DNA from: Candidatus Omnitrophota bacterium
Lineage (GTDB): Bacteria > Omnitrophota > Gorgyraeia > Gygaellales > Profunditerraquicolaceae
Reading direction: 5' to 3'
Length of the DNA: 64,000 bases
Assembly (NCBI GenBank): GCA_022710715.1
Contig: JAKLGJ010000003.1
Location: 358,558 to 422,557, forward strand
This document shows, piece after piece, positions 18,092 through 29,027 of this stretch (position 1 is its first letter; every line of letters begins with the position of its first letter). The position numbers were made by a program, and so were the translations under genes. Under the pieces are notes generated by a model. It was given only the letters and a program-made list of their open reading frames with translations, was not told where the DNA came from and made no database searches.

Positions 18092-19654
18092 TTAAAGCAA
18101 ATCCGTCCTGACATAATAGATCTGTCGGCCCAGAGGTTTCCGGGTATAATGCTCAAGCATAAAGCCGACCAGTCGCTTATACCCGGAGGCAGAGATCAGT
18201 TTTTTCTGATACAGCTCAAGGAGAAAGTCTTTGTGTTGATACCGGCATTGCACCACTGCCGGCCGGCGCTCCAGGACCTGCGTAACCAGATCCTGCCGGA
18301 CAACGTCATCCCGCACGATCTTGAAATTCCCGGCAAAATAATACTGCCAGGCGGAATAAAGCCTGGTAGTGTCGCGGGCAAAGATCGGATGCAACGGCAT
18401 AATGACCAGACAGGAATCCCCGGCGCAATACTGCATCAAGCGTGCGATGGTCCGCTCATCCTGGAAATAATTATCTTTATGGCACGTCCACAAATAAGCG
18501 GCGTTGGGGATCAGCAACGCACCTCCCAGTATCCCCGCCAGCAATGCGCGAGCGGATCGCGACTTCACCCGCTCCATATACGCCGGCACATCCATGGCGC
18601 AAACAGCGATGGCGCACATAAAAAACCAGAAAGACAGGTAATAGCCGGTGTTCACCGTCGAGGTGGTAGTCAACGAGCTGACCGTGCTCAAGCAGAAAGC
18701 CAGCAGAACGATCAGCGACTGATGGTCGCGGCGGCTGCGGGAACGTTGCCACAGCAGATACGCTCCCCACCCTCCGGCTGCTGCGATAAGCAGCGGAAAG
18801 ACAACCTGGAAAACCACGATCTGACGGTTGAAGCCGAACACCCAGAAGAAAAATTCCCGCAGAATCCCGCGGCTGACGAGTATGGAAACCAGCGGGACTA
18901 TCCCCGCGCATACACCGCAGATATACGCCGCGACCTTCTTCCAGCGGTCTTCGGTCCCGCCCAGAAATACGGCGAATAACGGCAGAAAGAACAGAAGGTA
19001 TTGTTTGATCATGAATGAAGCGGCCAGAGCAAACGCGATCCCGGCAAGAAAGCTCGGGGTAATCCTTTTTCCCGGAATATCCAGGCAGAACCAGACTGTC
19101 GCCAGCAAAAACAGACTCATCAGGCTATCCGGCCGCAGGCACAGGAAACGCGCAAAGATCGCCACGCTGGAAAGCGCCAGCAGATAGATCGATACTCCGG
19201 CTTGCCGGCCCCAGGCTCTGCGGGCGATCTGCCAGCCCAGAGACGCATTCGCCGCAAAGATCACTCCCTGCGCCAGACGACTGATCGGGAATACCGCTGC
19301 AGTGGCGGGTGAATGCCGGACTGCCGGCTCCAGCAGGATCCAGAAAAACGGCGAATGGTGCTGCCAGAAATCCTTAAAAGGGATCTGTCCCTGCGACATC
19401 AACCAGGCCAGATGTAAATGCACGGCTTCGTCGTGATCCAGCTGCGCGATCAACGCCCAGATCAACAGTATGCCCAGGTTAATCGCAACCAAAGGCGCCG
19501 CGGACAACGAAGCGTTTTTCCTCAAACGCGCGTATGCCCATAACCCGCAGATAGCGGCGCACACGACAAAAAAGAACAGGTTGATCGATGAACCGAAACG
19601 CACCCCTAACTCAAACAGCATAGGCTTCTCCGGGTTTGACCTGCCAGAGATCAT
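18092..19654 (-). CDS. Polytopic membrane protein, GT-C fold glycosyltransferase-like (ArnT/PMT-like)
   Basis: About 10 TM helices in the N-terminal two-thirds, plus a soluble C-terminal domain. A DHDEA motif sits in the first loop. The true start may be the Met at 19621; the ORF overlaps the upstream gene by 11-44 nt. Confidence 0.4.
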   Translation of the reverse strand: MISGRSNPEKPMLFELGVRFGSSINLFFFVVCAAICGLWAYARLRKNASLSAAPLVAINLGILLIWALIAQLDHDEAVHLHLAWLMSQGQIPFKDFWQHHSPFFWILLEPAVRHSPATAAVFPISRLAQGVIFAANASLGWQIARRAWGRQAGVSIYLLALSSVAIFARFLCLRPDSLMSLFLLATVWFCLDIPGKRITPSFLAGIAFALAASFMIKQYLLFFLPLFAVFLGGTEDRWKKVAAYICGVCAGIVPLVSILVSRGILREFFFWVFGFNRQIVVFQVVFPLLIAAAGGWGAYLLWQRSRSRRDHQSLIVLLAFCLSTVSSLTTTSTVNTGYYLSFWFFMCAIAVCAMDVPAYMERVKSRSARALLAGILGGALLIPNAAYLWTCHKDNYFQDERTIARLMQYCAGDSCLVIMPLHPIFARDTTRLYSAWQYYFAGNFKIVRDDVVRQDLVTQVLERRPAVVQCRYQHKDFLLELYQKKLISASGYKRLVGFMLEHYTRKPLGRQIYYVRTDLL

Positions 19655-21011
19655 GGCCGGCCCCGAGAATATTCTCCGCCGCCAGTAAACCGGTGAGCAC
19701 CGAATGATCCATACTGTTATAATGAAACATCCCGAACCTGCCGATAGACTGGAGGTTGGCGAATCCGGACAGATAGCATTTAAGCTCCGCGAGGATACGC
19801 TCGTATCCCAGAGCGTAAACCGGATAGGCTTTGGGCACCCTGACCACTAACGCATCCTGGATCTGCGCCGGCCGGGCCAGCTTGATGGTTTCCAGTTCCC
19901 GTCCGGCCAATGCGATCAGAGCGGCATCGCTTTGAGACCAGAAATCGTCGGCCTCGTCGCAGAAATATTCCATGCCCAGCGAACTGGTATGCGCGTCGGC
20001 CAGCAACGCCGGGCTCCACTGGCGGAAATTCTGTATCCGGGCGACTTTGACCTCCTGCGAATGGACATAGATCCAATTATCCCGAACCAGGTCTTTTTTC
20101 TTGACGATAACATACACCAGGATCAGGCTCCGGTAACGCAATTTGCCGCACATCTCCAGGAGCTGGCGGTCAGGCAGCGGATCCAGTCTCCAGAGCAGAT
20201 CGGTAATGGGCATACTCGAACAGTAATCGCTGCCCTGATGCTCGACAACAGTGCCGGTGAGACGATCCTGGCAAACAACCGAAGTGATCCTGCGCTGCGC
20301 GTGGCGCACACGCAAGACTTCGTGATTAAGCTGCAGCTGCCCTCCCTGCCGGCTGAATTCCGAAGCGGCAGCCTCATACATCATCCCGGCGCCCAGACGC
20401 GGGTAATAGAACTCGCTGATCAGCGAGGCCACGGCATGGCCGCGATTCGCCAGTAAAGCGTTGCGTAAAGCGACCGGCAATGACATCCCCGGAATACGCT
20501 GCCCGGCCACATCCGCGGAGAGCTGTTCGCCGGAAAGTCCCCAGACTTTCTCGGTATAATCCTTGAAGAAAATATCATAGAGTTTCCGGCCGAAACGGTT
20601 GGAGACCCAGTCGGAAAAAGTCGTTTCCTGCTCACGGCGGGCCGAGAGGCGGCTGTAAAGGAAACTCAACACGATGATCAGTGAATGGAAGAAACCCATG
20701 CGGGCAATCACGTCGGGAATGGAGATGGGGTATTTCAGGAAGATGTCCCGGTAATAGATCCTGGACTGCCGGGGAATGCTCAAAAAATCATCCTTGAGCA
20801 ATCCTCTCCACCAGTCCAGCACCTGTTTGTTCTTGGTGTAGAAACGATGACCGCCGATATCGAAACCATATCCTTTGTACCGGACCGTCCGGCTGATCCC
20901 CCCTACGTGCGCTTCCTGTTCCAGGATCACGGTCTCAACCCGGTTTTCGCTCAAGCGGTGGCCGGCCGCGAGACCTGCCGGTCCTGCGCCGATAATCACG
21001 GTCTTTTTCAT
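19611..21011 (-). CDS. NAD(P)/FAD-dependent oxidoreductase (amine-oxidase / phytoene-desaturase-like Rossmann)
   Basis: N-terminal dinucleotide-binding motif VIIGAGPAGLAAGHRL..E..ILE....GG. 466 aa. Confidence 0.6.
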   Translation of the reverse strand: MKKTVIIGAGPAGLAAGHRLSENRVETVILEQEAHVGGISRTVRYKGYGFDIGGHRFYTKNKQVLDWWRGLLKDDFLSIPRQSRIYYRDIFLKYPISIPDVIARMGFFHSLIIVLSFLYSRLSARREQETTFSDWVSNRFGRKLYDIFFKDYTEKVWGLSGEQLSADVAGQRIPGMSLPVALRNALLANRGHAVASLISEFYYPRLGAGMMYEAAASEFSRQGGQLQLNHEVLRVRHAQRRITSVVCQDRLTGTVVEHQGSDYCSSMPITDLLWRLDPLPDRQLLEMCGKLRYRSLILVYVIVKKKDLVRDNWIYVHSQEVKVARIQNFRQWSPALLADAHTSSLGMEYFCDEADDFWSQSDAALIALAGRELETIKLARPAQIQDALVVRVPKAYPVYALGYERILAELKCYLSGFANLQSIGRFGMFHYNSMDHSVLTGLLAAENILGAGHDLWQVKPGEAYAV

Positions 21012-21120
21012 ACTCTTATACTACCCAATAAGCGGGCTTCTGACAAGCAGATTTTGGTCAAAAAGAAAACGCCGGCTGTTCAAGCCGGCGCTGATTCAAC
21101 ACGCGGATCACGCTACAGAT

Positions 21121-24100
21121 TTAGTTTCCTGCATTCTCTTTCTGCTTCTCGTCAAAGGCCTGGAAGAACTCCAGCAGGTCATTGTGTCCGACGAGCTGCA
21201 ACTGACCGTCTTTGAGCTCATAGGCGTCGGCACCGACCGAGAACTGGTCGAATGCGCCCATGTCCGTTGAAGTAAGCGGATGGTAGAAATACACCGATCC
21301 GATGGTAGAACTGAACTGATAGGTATCCAGATCAGCCACATTCGTCACTACCGGCTCATAAGCCATAATATCGCCGACAGGAGCGATAAACTCTTCCTCC
21401 TCCTCGACCGGCTCGGGTTCAGGAATGACCGGCTCTTCTTCATCGGGAATGTCGTTGAAATAAACGATGCCGGGAGCGGCATACACGGTAATAGCGTCCG
21501 GCGTGGTCTGCTCACGAACGCTTCCGGTCAACGCCGCGCTGACGCCTTCGATCTCGCCGTATGATATCAGGTACAGAGCCCCTTCGCCGGTAATGAGCAC
21601 GTCGAGCGGATTGTCCGTGGTGCCGATGGAGCTTTCGGAATAAATGATCTCATAATCCGGATATTCGCCGGTATACGAATAGCTGCCGCCATAGATATAC
21701 ACGGGACCGGCGCTGGTAATATGCGCTCCTTCGATATCGCCGGCAATGATCGATCCTCCGGCGATCAGGTACAGCCCGGACGCCGCGCCGTTAATCCCGG
21801 CGTTAAGAATGATATCCCCGGCAGCGTAAAGAGTCTCCAGGTTATAGTATGCAGCAAGGCCGGTTTCAGGAGTTTCTACGGCGATATCCCCTGCGGTGGA
21901 ACGAATGCTGATCCCGTCAAGCCCGTCGTCGTCGCTGTACAGATACGCGCCGAACGCGGGTTCCTCTGCGTCCCCGCAGAGAATGATTTCGCCGCTAAAG
22001 ACGATGTCGCCGGCCGATTGAAGCGAGAAATATTCTGCGGTCAGCGCAGGCATCCCGTCGCCGGTATCGCTGTACAGGCTGCCGTAGCCGTTAAGGTTTT
22101 CATCCGCGTGCAAAACGATCTCCTGCGCCTCCAGGTTACTGTACAGGTACAGATCGCCCGCGGAATACAGATAAATATATTCGGTTCTCGGCTCGAGATC
22201 GTAAACGGTCAGGGTTTCTTCCAGGGTGGAGAAAATTGAGATGGATAACGGTTCCGCATCTTCAACCGGCGTATACAGCTCTAACGTCGCGCTTGCCTCA
22301 TCCAGCGTCAGATAGAACGATCCATCCGCGCCTTCGCTGACGTAGAAATCATTGGCCCCCTGGAAGGTGTGGCGGAAACCGACCAATTCGAGATACTCGC
22401 CGGCAAAGCGCAGCTGGCCTGATCCATCCTGATCGCTGTCGGCAATGGCAGTGATGGAATCACCCATCAGGCTGTTATACGAAATCAAATCTCCCTGCGC
22501 CTGCAGGCTAAGACCGCCGAAGGTTTCAAACGGGATCTGCGCGTTTTCTGCTATGGCTTCGGAGCGCACCGGGAAATCATAACCGTCCACATCGATCTCG
22601 ATATCTCCCCCGGCGACCACGCTTACCGCTCCCGCCTGGGCTGTGGCTGACGCCGCAAGAGCTACTGCGCCCTGGCCGGTGGCCTGCGCCATTGAATACA
22701 CCTGGGATGCGCTTAACACGCTGAAATCTCCGCCTGCAGAAATCTCCAGCGGACCGCTGACAGCCGCAGCCGTATCCATGGCGTAGGCGTACGCCGTAGA
22801 ATCCAGCCCGGAAACCAGGTCGATAATGAAGCTGCCGACAGCCGAAACCAGGATCTCGCCCGCAGTGGCATCGGCGGTGTCGCTGGCCGGCACGTCCCCG
22901 CCGACATAAGAAGTACCTGCGCTGGCCAGGGTATACACGTGAGCGCTGTTAAAATTAATAGACCCGTTGGTGAACAATCCCATATCTCCGGAAACCGCCG
23001 TTGCTACCGATCCGCCCATGGCTGAAGCCGAAGAATAAACCGAAGATTCGCCGGCGATGGAAATCCCGCTCTCCTCGCTGAAAGAACCGGCGTCCAGGAC
23101 TACTTCGCCGCTGGTCGCTGCCGCAGCGCCCTCGCCCCAGGAAAGCGCGCTGGCCGCGGAATAAATGCTGCTGATGTTGTCCATCCCGGAATCAAGGTAA
23201 ATGCCCATTGCCAGGACGCCTACGTCGCCGGAGGTTGCGCCGGCATCTCCGGAAGCCTCGGCAACAGCCGAGGAATAAAGGCTGCCGGCGATCCCGACCG
23301 TGCCCTCTTCGGCGAACAAAGTCACGTCGCCGGAGAACGCTTCCGCGGAACCGTTGCCATAAGCCGTAGCGCTGGAATTGATGGTTTGATCGAGCTCGAT
23401 AGCGCCGGTCAGAGCGGTCACATCCACGTCGCCGGACCGGGCTGTCGCCTGGTTGAAAGCGTCTGCGGACGCCGAGGTGTACGCTTCTGCGCCGTTAAAG
23501 AGCTCCACGCTGCCGGCTTCGATAAGGATATCGCCGGACTCGGCGGTCGAATTATAGGAAACATCCGCGATAGCGCGGGTATTGGGATCAACGCCGTCGG
23601 AACTCAATGTCCCCGCGGCAATCAGGCTGATGTCGCCGGAATAGGCTACTGCTTCGTCTCCCTCTCCGGTTGAGGCTTCTGCCAGGGATGAGAGGAATCC
23701 TTCGTACAGCGAGATCGAGCCGCTGGCGCTTTCCAGGCTCACGTCCGAAGCGTACGCGTATGCGTAAGCGTCGCCTTCGGCGGTTGCCCAGGAAGTGAAT
23801 GATGCGGTCGCCTCATATTCGGGATTGCCCTGGGCAGTGATCCCGTTGTAACCGTATACGCTCACGCTGCCGGCGTAAGCGTAGGCCTGCGGGTATTCGC
23901 CGCCGGAGGCATAGGCTTCGGCGCGGCTGTTGAGGTCCGGAGACCCGAGCAGGCTGAAAAGACCGTAGCAGGTAATATCGATATTCCCGGTAGAAGCGTA
24001 GGCGTATTCCCGGGCATAAGCAGCGGCATTGGACTGCGCCGGGGTATAGGTCAATTGCATATCGCCGCTGGAATACAAGGCAACGTCGCCTGCGGTCAGG

Positions 24101-27100
24101 CTCACCGAATCCGCTTCCACCACTTCGCCGTAGAGCGAAGCCTCGGAATAGATCGAAGCGCCGATGCCGTTCAATGCGCCGTAGGCCGTGATCCAGAGAT
24201 CGCCGGATTCAGCTTCCAGGGTACCGGTGCCGGCGACCGAAGCGATCGAATATACCGAAAATTCGGAAAGGGTATAATTGCCGTTGATCATCAGGTTCAG
24301 ATCGCCGGAATAAGCCTGGGCATCGCTTGCGGAAGCGATTGCCGAGGAATAGAATGCGCAGGTCTGGTCCACTGATCCGGCTTCGATGTTCACCGAACCG
24401 GAAGAAGCCCGGGCGTACTCGCTGCCCTCGGCTTGCGCGGACGAATAAATATCCTGATTGACGTCCAGGAAATTAGAAGCATCAATGGTTACGTTGCCCG
24501 CGGTGGCGTACGAATAGGTCCCGCCCAGGGCCTGGGCGTTGCTGTAAACGTAACATTCGTTCAGATAAACGTCGTAGCCGGCAAGATTGACGTTGCCCGC
24601 GGTCACGCTGGTGTTCAATGCGGGATATTCGGAAATGACTTCGGAATTGGCGTAATAGACCCGCAGGGTCTGCCCGGCATAGATCGTCACATCGCCGGTA
24701 ACAGCCTGAAGCAGGTTCGGGAAGGTTCCGTCGCCGCTGGAATAGGCTTCCGCCGTGGAAACAGCGGCGTTCAGGTTGACCGATCTATACCAGCTGTGCA
24801 CGTCGATATCGTCAGCGGTGGCATACGCCTCCCCTGCGTCCAAACGGACATCCGCGGAAGCGTTGGACTGCGCCGTGGAAGGTATCTCGATATCGCCGTC
24901 CTGGGAGGCTACGGTAATCCTGCCGGAGACCGATTCCGCTCTCTGGTAGGCGTAGGTCCGGGCCTCGGAATTGAGGTACTGTTCGGAAAGGGTGATATCT
25001 CCGCCGGCGTCGATGGTTATGTCTCCGGCCAGGCCGTAAGCCTGGGCAGCTTCTCCCTGCGCCGAGGTGTCCGCGTACACGTGTGAGCCGTTGGAAAGAG
25101 CGATCGCGCCGCCGGCGTCGATCATTACCGCCAGATACGACCATTCATAATTGTTGTAATCGTAATATTCTGCTCCCGCGTAGGCCTGGGACAACGATCC
25201 GGGCTCGTTGGGCATGCTGGTCTGGGAGTCGGAGGAAGAATACACGTCGGTCATGCTCAAGTCGATATTCCCGCTGTCCGCGGAAAGAATTACGCTCGAG
25301 GAATTGGCCAGGGCCCGGGAGCCGGCGGAGGCGTGCGCGTACGAGTAAACATCTGCGCCGTATCCTGATCCAACCGAAGATATCCCGGCATTGCCGGAAA
25401 GGGTAACCGAGCCGCTGGTGGCGATAGCCGTGGAACCGGACAGGCCGTTATACACATTCGCATCGGCCGAGGAAAAGATCTGAGAGCCTTCGATATTGTT
25501 CAACAGTCCGCCGGCGCTGACGCTCACATTACCGGAAGTCGCAGTTGCGGTTTCCGATCCCGACGCGCGGGCTTGAGAGGAAATGTTCGCCCAATCCAGG
25601 GAGATGTTGCCGCCGGCGATCAGGCTCACCGCTCCGGAAACAGCGGAATTGTCGTACGCCGGACCGGATCCGGATGCATACGAAGAAATGTTGACGCCGT
25701 AATTAAAGGTAATCGCGCCGCCGGCATCCAGGGTGACATCTCCGGAGACCGCATTCTGCACCGGCTCGCCTTGGCCGCCACCCACTGTCGAACTGATGCT
25801 CACCTGATTGTCAACCAGGATATCCCCGCCTGCGGACAGATAGATCGATCCGCCCGCAGCATCGGTGAAAACATCGTTGTGAACAGTAAGGCCGGCCATT
25901 GCCTGCACGATAATATTGCCGCCGGCGTTATACATGCCGTCCGCATATTCGTCGGGATGAACAATCTGCAGATCGCGGTCATTGGAGATATAGATATCGC
26001 CGGAGCCGAGGTTCTCCGCGGCGACAGCCTGCACGTTCAAAGCCGCATCGATGCCGCTGGCCGCGGAAAGCATCGCGGCGCCTGCTGAAACCCGGCCGGT
26101 TCCCGGCTGTATCAACGTCTGACTGTAGATCTCGAAACCGGAAAGCGCGCTGGCGTACACCCTCACATCGTCAATAGCGCCTTCAGTAAGACGCGACCTG
26201 GCGCCGAAACCGCCGATCCAGAAACTCGCGCCCGTATCGACCGTGCCTTCGGGAACCGCGAATTCGCTGCCGTACTTGACGTCATCGTTGAATATGTAGA
26301 GGCTGCCTTCCGTGCCGTCGCGCACCATGGATACCTGATACCAGTTATTGTCATTAATCGCTATGGCGCTGTTGTCCATATCGTTATTCACCCAGCTCTG
26401 CAGGGAACCGTTCAAGGTCTCCAGCGCGTAACCGGTGGTGTAGAGCGGGCTCAAAGAAGCGCCCAACAATCCCACATTCTTGTCGCGCAGCTGGGTTCCG
26501 CGATACCAGCACAACAGGGTAAACGGCTCCGCGCCGAAGCCGAAATCAGTGCCGATGTTGAAATAGTCGTTGATCCCGTCAAAATAGAGCGCCTGGCCAT
26601 ATATGCCTTCCGGAACGATATCCGGGGTACCGCTGGCGTAAGCGGAATAACCGTTGCCGCTGACGTCCTGGGCATAATAATAGGAATAATACTGGTCGAA
26701 ATTCCAGTAAGCGCGCAAACCGTATTCTTCCACTTCCAGGTTACGGCGGATAATCGCGCCGTTATCCGCCCTCAAATAGACCGTTGCCAAATCAGGAGCG
26801 ACGATATCGGCCAGGGTATTCAGGATGATCCCGTTCTGTCCCTGGGCCTCCAGATACACATCGCCTTCGGAAATGATGCCATACCGCACCCGTATATCCC
26901 CGGCAGCGTATATAGCCGTTTCGGTCTGTGCGGCATAATTCTCCGCTACCAGCACCACCAGGTCTTGGTCGTTATACAGATAAATGCCGCCATATCCTTC
27001 ATTATACGCTACCAGCTTATTGACGGAAATTGCCAGGCCTTCCTCTATATTATCACCGATACCGCCATATGCTTCCAGATAGAGCTCATCCGCTTCAATG

Positions 27101-28911
27101 CAAACCCCTTCATCGCCCTGCAATAATTGTCCGGAAGAAGTCAAAACCACCAGGCCGGGAGAATAGATCTCCTGGATATAAAGCGGCGCCGAATCCTGCT
27201 CGATCCAGATATCGCCTGCGGAAGATTCCGGGTTGATCGTAGCCCGGACATAGCCGACATTGGTCAATATGGGGTTGGCCATGGTTCCGATACCGGAACC
27301 GGCCCGCATATTAAGGAAAGCTGTCCCTGTTTCTGAAGTGGCGGAAATTACATATTCTCCGGCATTGTAAATCGCGCCAATGCCCGGATCATAGGTAGTG
27401 TCCCATTCATACCAGAAATATTCTTCGCCTTCGGAAAAACGCTCGTGATCGGCGTAAAGATTGAGGGTGGAATTGTAACCGAGGAAAATGTCGCCGGTGA
27501 TGGTGATATCTTGCCAGGCATCAACCGTGACTGTGGTGTATTCACCGATGGTACCGCTATACTCGTTGGTGGCAGGGTCTAATAATGCATTACCGGGGGT
27601 AAATCCCGGAGGCGCCCGGCCGTTTAAAATGCCGTAAAAGCCCAATTGGGCGAAAGCGTCTACCCGCGCGACGCCGCCGTTACCGGAAACCGCGCCTGCG
27701 GAAAAATCTATTACTGCGTTCTTATTCACGAAAGTGTTGCCGTTTTTGGAATCGACCAGGATCCGGCCGCCGTTCCCGGCCAAACCGACTGCCTGCGCTT
27801 CCGTAACGCTGTTTTCATCCAGAACCGTCAAGGTATCGCTGACAATACTGATCTCTCCGGCTGTGCCCTGCTCCAGAGCATTGGCGGAAATGATACCCTG
27901 CTGCAGAATTGTTGCGGCTTCCAGGGCTATTTTGCCGCCATCCGGGCTGGTCGCGCTCAAAGCATCGGCTACGATCCTGCCTTCCGGGGCATTGGTAATC
28001 CCGGCATCGCTTACCTTAATATGTACTTGTGCAGCTTCCAGGGTACCGCTGTTGACTACTGGCGCCCCTTCCGCTACCAGTTCGATCACCCCGTCCTTTT
28101 CCACCAGAGAGGTTACTTTCACCAAACCGGTGTTATTGATGGCGTAATCGAAAACGCGATTGAGCACTTTAGCGGTCAAAATAACTTTGCCGCCTTGAGC
28201 CAGGATGGTGCCGCTATTCTTGACCGCGGAATCGATCCTCCGGCCATCCGGTCCGAATAACTCTTCCTGCACAGCCTGATCGATCGCTACGGAAATGGCG
28301 TTGGAATCTTCCAGCGACAAAGTCATCTTTTCACCGGAAGCCAGGACCACGGTGCCCAGATCAGCCTGGATCACCATTCGGTTATCCACTGCGTGTCCCA
28401 GCAGACAGACATAACCGCCGGCCTGCGCGGTGATCGTGCCCTGATTGATGATGTATCCGGCTTTACCGGCTTTGCTGAAAACGTAATTGCCTTTCAGGAA
28501 ATCTTCATTGGAAATGTTCAAGGTCGAAGCGACCAATCCGGCAACATCAACCTGCGAACCCGGTCCGAAAACAATCCCGTTGGGGTTGATCAGGAATACT
28601 TTTCCATTGGCGCTCAATGAACCCAGAATGCTGGAAGGATCACCGCCAACCACGCGGTTCAGCGCTACCGCGCTGGCAGAAGGCTGCGCGAAACGCACTG
28701 CTTCCTGCGCGGCAATATTGAAACTGTTGTAATCCACAATGAGTTTATCGGAAGGGGTAGTGACGGTCAGGGAATCGGCTTGAGAACGATCAAAGGTTGC
28801 GCTGCCGGCAACCACATTCTCGCCTTCAGGCAAGGCATAAACAAAAGAACAGCAACTTAAAAGGATGCTGGTTGCTGCTATCAGTATTCTTACATGGGTT
28901 TGTTTCGGCAT
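21121..28911 (-). CDS. Giant two-partner-secretion exoprotein (TpsA/filamentous-haemagglutinin-like, 2596 aa) with an N-terminal TPS domain, an internal LamG/concanavalin-like domain, and a long Tyr/Ala/Ser/Gly-rich beta-helical repeat region
   Basis: Signal peptide, then a TPS domain with ALNRV....NPNGIVFG (aa ~30-300). LamG-like block YGQALYFDGINDYFNIG...CWYRG...WYQVSMVRDG..SLYIFND...FWIGG...IDDVRVYASALS (aa ~745-930). It is followed by about 1500 aa of degenerate ~38-aa repeats (consensus ~[SA]GD[VI].[LV].A.G.I.L....YSSA.A.A). The C-terminus has an acidic linker (DEEEPVIPEPEPVEEEEEF) and a ~100-aa tail domain. Encoded immediately downstream of the tpsB gene. Confidence 0.8.
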   Translation of the reverse strand: MPKQTHVRILIAATSILLSCCSFVYALPEGENVVAGSATFDRSQADSLTVTTPSDKLIVDYNSFNIAAQEAVRFAQPSASAVALNRVVGGDPSSILGSLSANGKVFLINPNGIVFGPGSQVDVAGLVASTLNISNEDFLKGNYVFSKAGKAGYIINQGTITAQAGGYVCLLGHAVDNRMVIQADLGTVVLASGEKMTLSLEDSNAISVAIDQAVQEELFGPDGRRIDSAVKNSGTILAQGGKVILTAKVLNRVFDYAINNTGLVKVTSLVEKDGVIELVAEGAPVVNSGTLEAAQVHIKVSDAGITNAPEGRIVADALSATSPDGGKIALEAATILQQGIISANALEQGTAGEISIVSDTLTVLDENSVTEAQAVGLAGNGGRILVDSKNGNTFVNKNAVIDFSAGAVSGNGGVARVDAFAQLGFYGILNGRAPPGFTPGNALLDPATNEYSGTIGEYTTVTVDAWQDITITGDIFLGYNSTLNLYADHERFSEGEEYFWYEWDTTYDPGIGAIYNAGEYVISATSETGTAFLNMRAGSGIGTMANPILTNVGYVRATINPESSAGDIWIEQDSAPLYIQEIYSPGLVVLTSSGQLLQGDEGVCIEADELYLEAYGGIGDNIEEGLAISVNKLVAYNEGYGGIYLYNDQDLVVLVAENYAAQTETAIYAAGDIRVRYGIISEGDVYLEAQGQNGIILNTLADIVAPDLATVYLRADNGAIIRRNLEVEEYGLRAYWNFDQYYSYYYAQDVSGNGYSAYASGTPDIVPEGIYGQALYFDGINDYFNIGTDFGFGAEPFTLLCWYRGTQLRDKNVGLLGASLSPLYTTGYALETLNGSLQSWVNNDMDNSAIAINDNNWYQVSMVRDGTEGSLYIFNDDVKYGSEFAVPEGTVDTGASFWIGGFGARSRLTEGAIDDVRVYASALSGFEIYSQTLIQPGTGRVSAGAAMLSAASGIDAALNVQAVAAENLGSGDIYISNDRDLQIVHPDEYADGMYNAGGNIIVQAMAGLTVHNDVFTDAAGGSIYLSAGGDILVDNQVSISSTVGGGQGEPVQNAVSGDVTLDAGGAITFNYGVNISSYASGSGPAYDNSAVSGAVSLIAGGNISLDWANISSQARASGSETATATSGNVSVSAGGLLNNIEGSQIFSSADANVYNGLSGSTAIATSGSVTLSGNAGISSVGSGYGADVYSYAHASAGSRALANSSSVILSADSGNIDLSMTDVYSSSDSQTSMPNEPGSLSQAYAGAEYYDYNNYEWSYLAVMIDAGGAIALSNGSHVYADTSAQGEAAQAYGLAGDITIDAGGDITLSEQYLNSEARTYAYQRAESVSGRITVASQDGDIEIPSTAQSNASADVRLDAGEAYATADDIDVHSWYRSVNLNAAVSTAEAYSSGDGTFPNLLQAVTGDVTIYAGQTLRVYYANSEVISEYPALNTSVTAGNVNLAGYDVYLNECYVYSNAQALGGTYSYATAGNVTIDASNFLDVNQDIYSSAQAEGSEYARASSGSVNIEAGSVDQTCAFYSSAIASASDAQAYSGDLNLMINGNYTLSEFSVYSIASVAGTGTLEAESGDLWITAYGALNGIGASIYSEASLYGEVVEADSVSLTAGDVALYSSGDMQLTYTPAQSNAAAYAREYAYASTGNIDITCYGLFSLLGSPDLNSRAEAYASGGEYPQAYAYAGSVSVYGYNGITAQGNPEYEATASFTSWATAEGDAYAYAYASDVSLESASGSISLYEGFLSSLAEASTGEGDEAVAYSGDISLIAAGTLSSDGVDPNTRAIADVSYNSTAESGDILIEAGSVELFNGAEAYTSASADAFNQATARSGDVDVTALTGAIELDQTINSSATAYGNGSAEAFSGDVTLFAEEGTVGIAGSLYSSAVAEASGDAGATSGDVGVLAMGIYLDSGMDNISSIYSAASALSWGEGAAAATSGEVVLDAGSFSEESGISIAGESSVYSSASAMGGSVATAVSGDMGLFTNGSINFNSAHVYTLASAGTSYVGGDVPASDTADATAGEILVSAVGSFIIDLVSGLDSTAYAYAMDTAAAVSGPLEISAGGDFSVLSASQVYSMAQATGQGAVALAASATAQAGAVSVVAGGDIEIDVDGYDFPVRSEAIAENAQIPFETFGGLSLQAQGDLISYNSLMGDSITAIADSDQDGSGQLRFAGEYLELVGFRHTFQGANDFYVSEGADGSFYLTLDEASATLELYTPVEDAEPLSISIFSTLEETLTVYDLEPRTEYIYLYSAGDLYLYSNLEAQEIVLHADENLNGYGSLYSDTGDGMPALTAEYFSLQSAGDIVFSGEIILCGDAEEPAFGAYLYSDDDGLDGISIRSTAGDIAVETPETGLAAYYNLETLYAAGDIILNAGINGAASGLYLIAGGSIIAGDIEGAHITSAGPVYIYGGSYSYTGEYPDYEIIYSESSIGTTDNPLDVLITGEGALYLISYGEIEGVSAALTGSVREQTTPDAITVYAAPGIVYFNDIPDEEEPVIPEPEPVEEEEEFIAPVGDIMAYEPVVTNVADLDTYQFSSTIGSVYFYHPLTSTDMGAFDQFSVGADAYELKDGQLQLVGHNDLLEFFQAFDEKQKENAGN

Positions 28912-29027
28912 TCAGAGGATTGAATCACTGACCGTGGCTGTAAGTGACTCGCATTGAAAAGGTTTTCTTCCTACTCTAACTTATAAGTAAGTATACTCTA
29001 AAAGTGCTGATTTGTCAAGGAAAACCA

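Noticed and set aside
21121-28911. Giant exoprotein as a contact-dependent inhibition (CdiA-like) toxin
   Set aside because: No VENN or pretoxin-type demarcation motif was seen. No small immunity-like ORF follows the 3' end; the next gene is a 466-aa oxidoreductase. An adhesin-type TpsA is more parsimonious.
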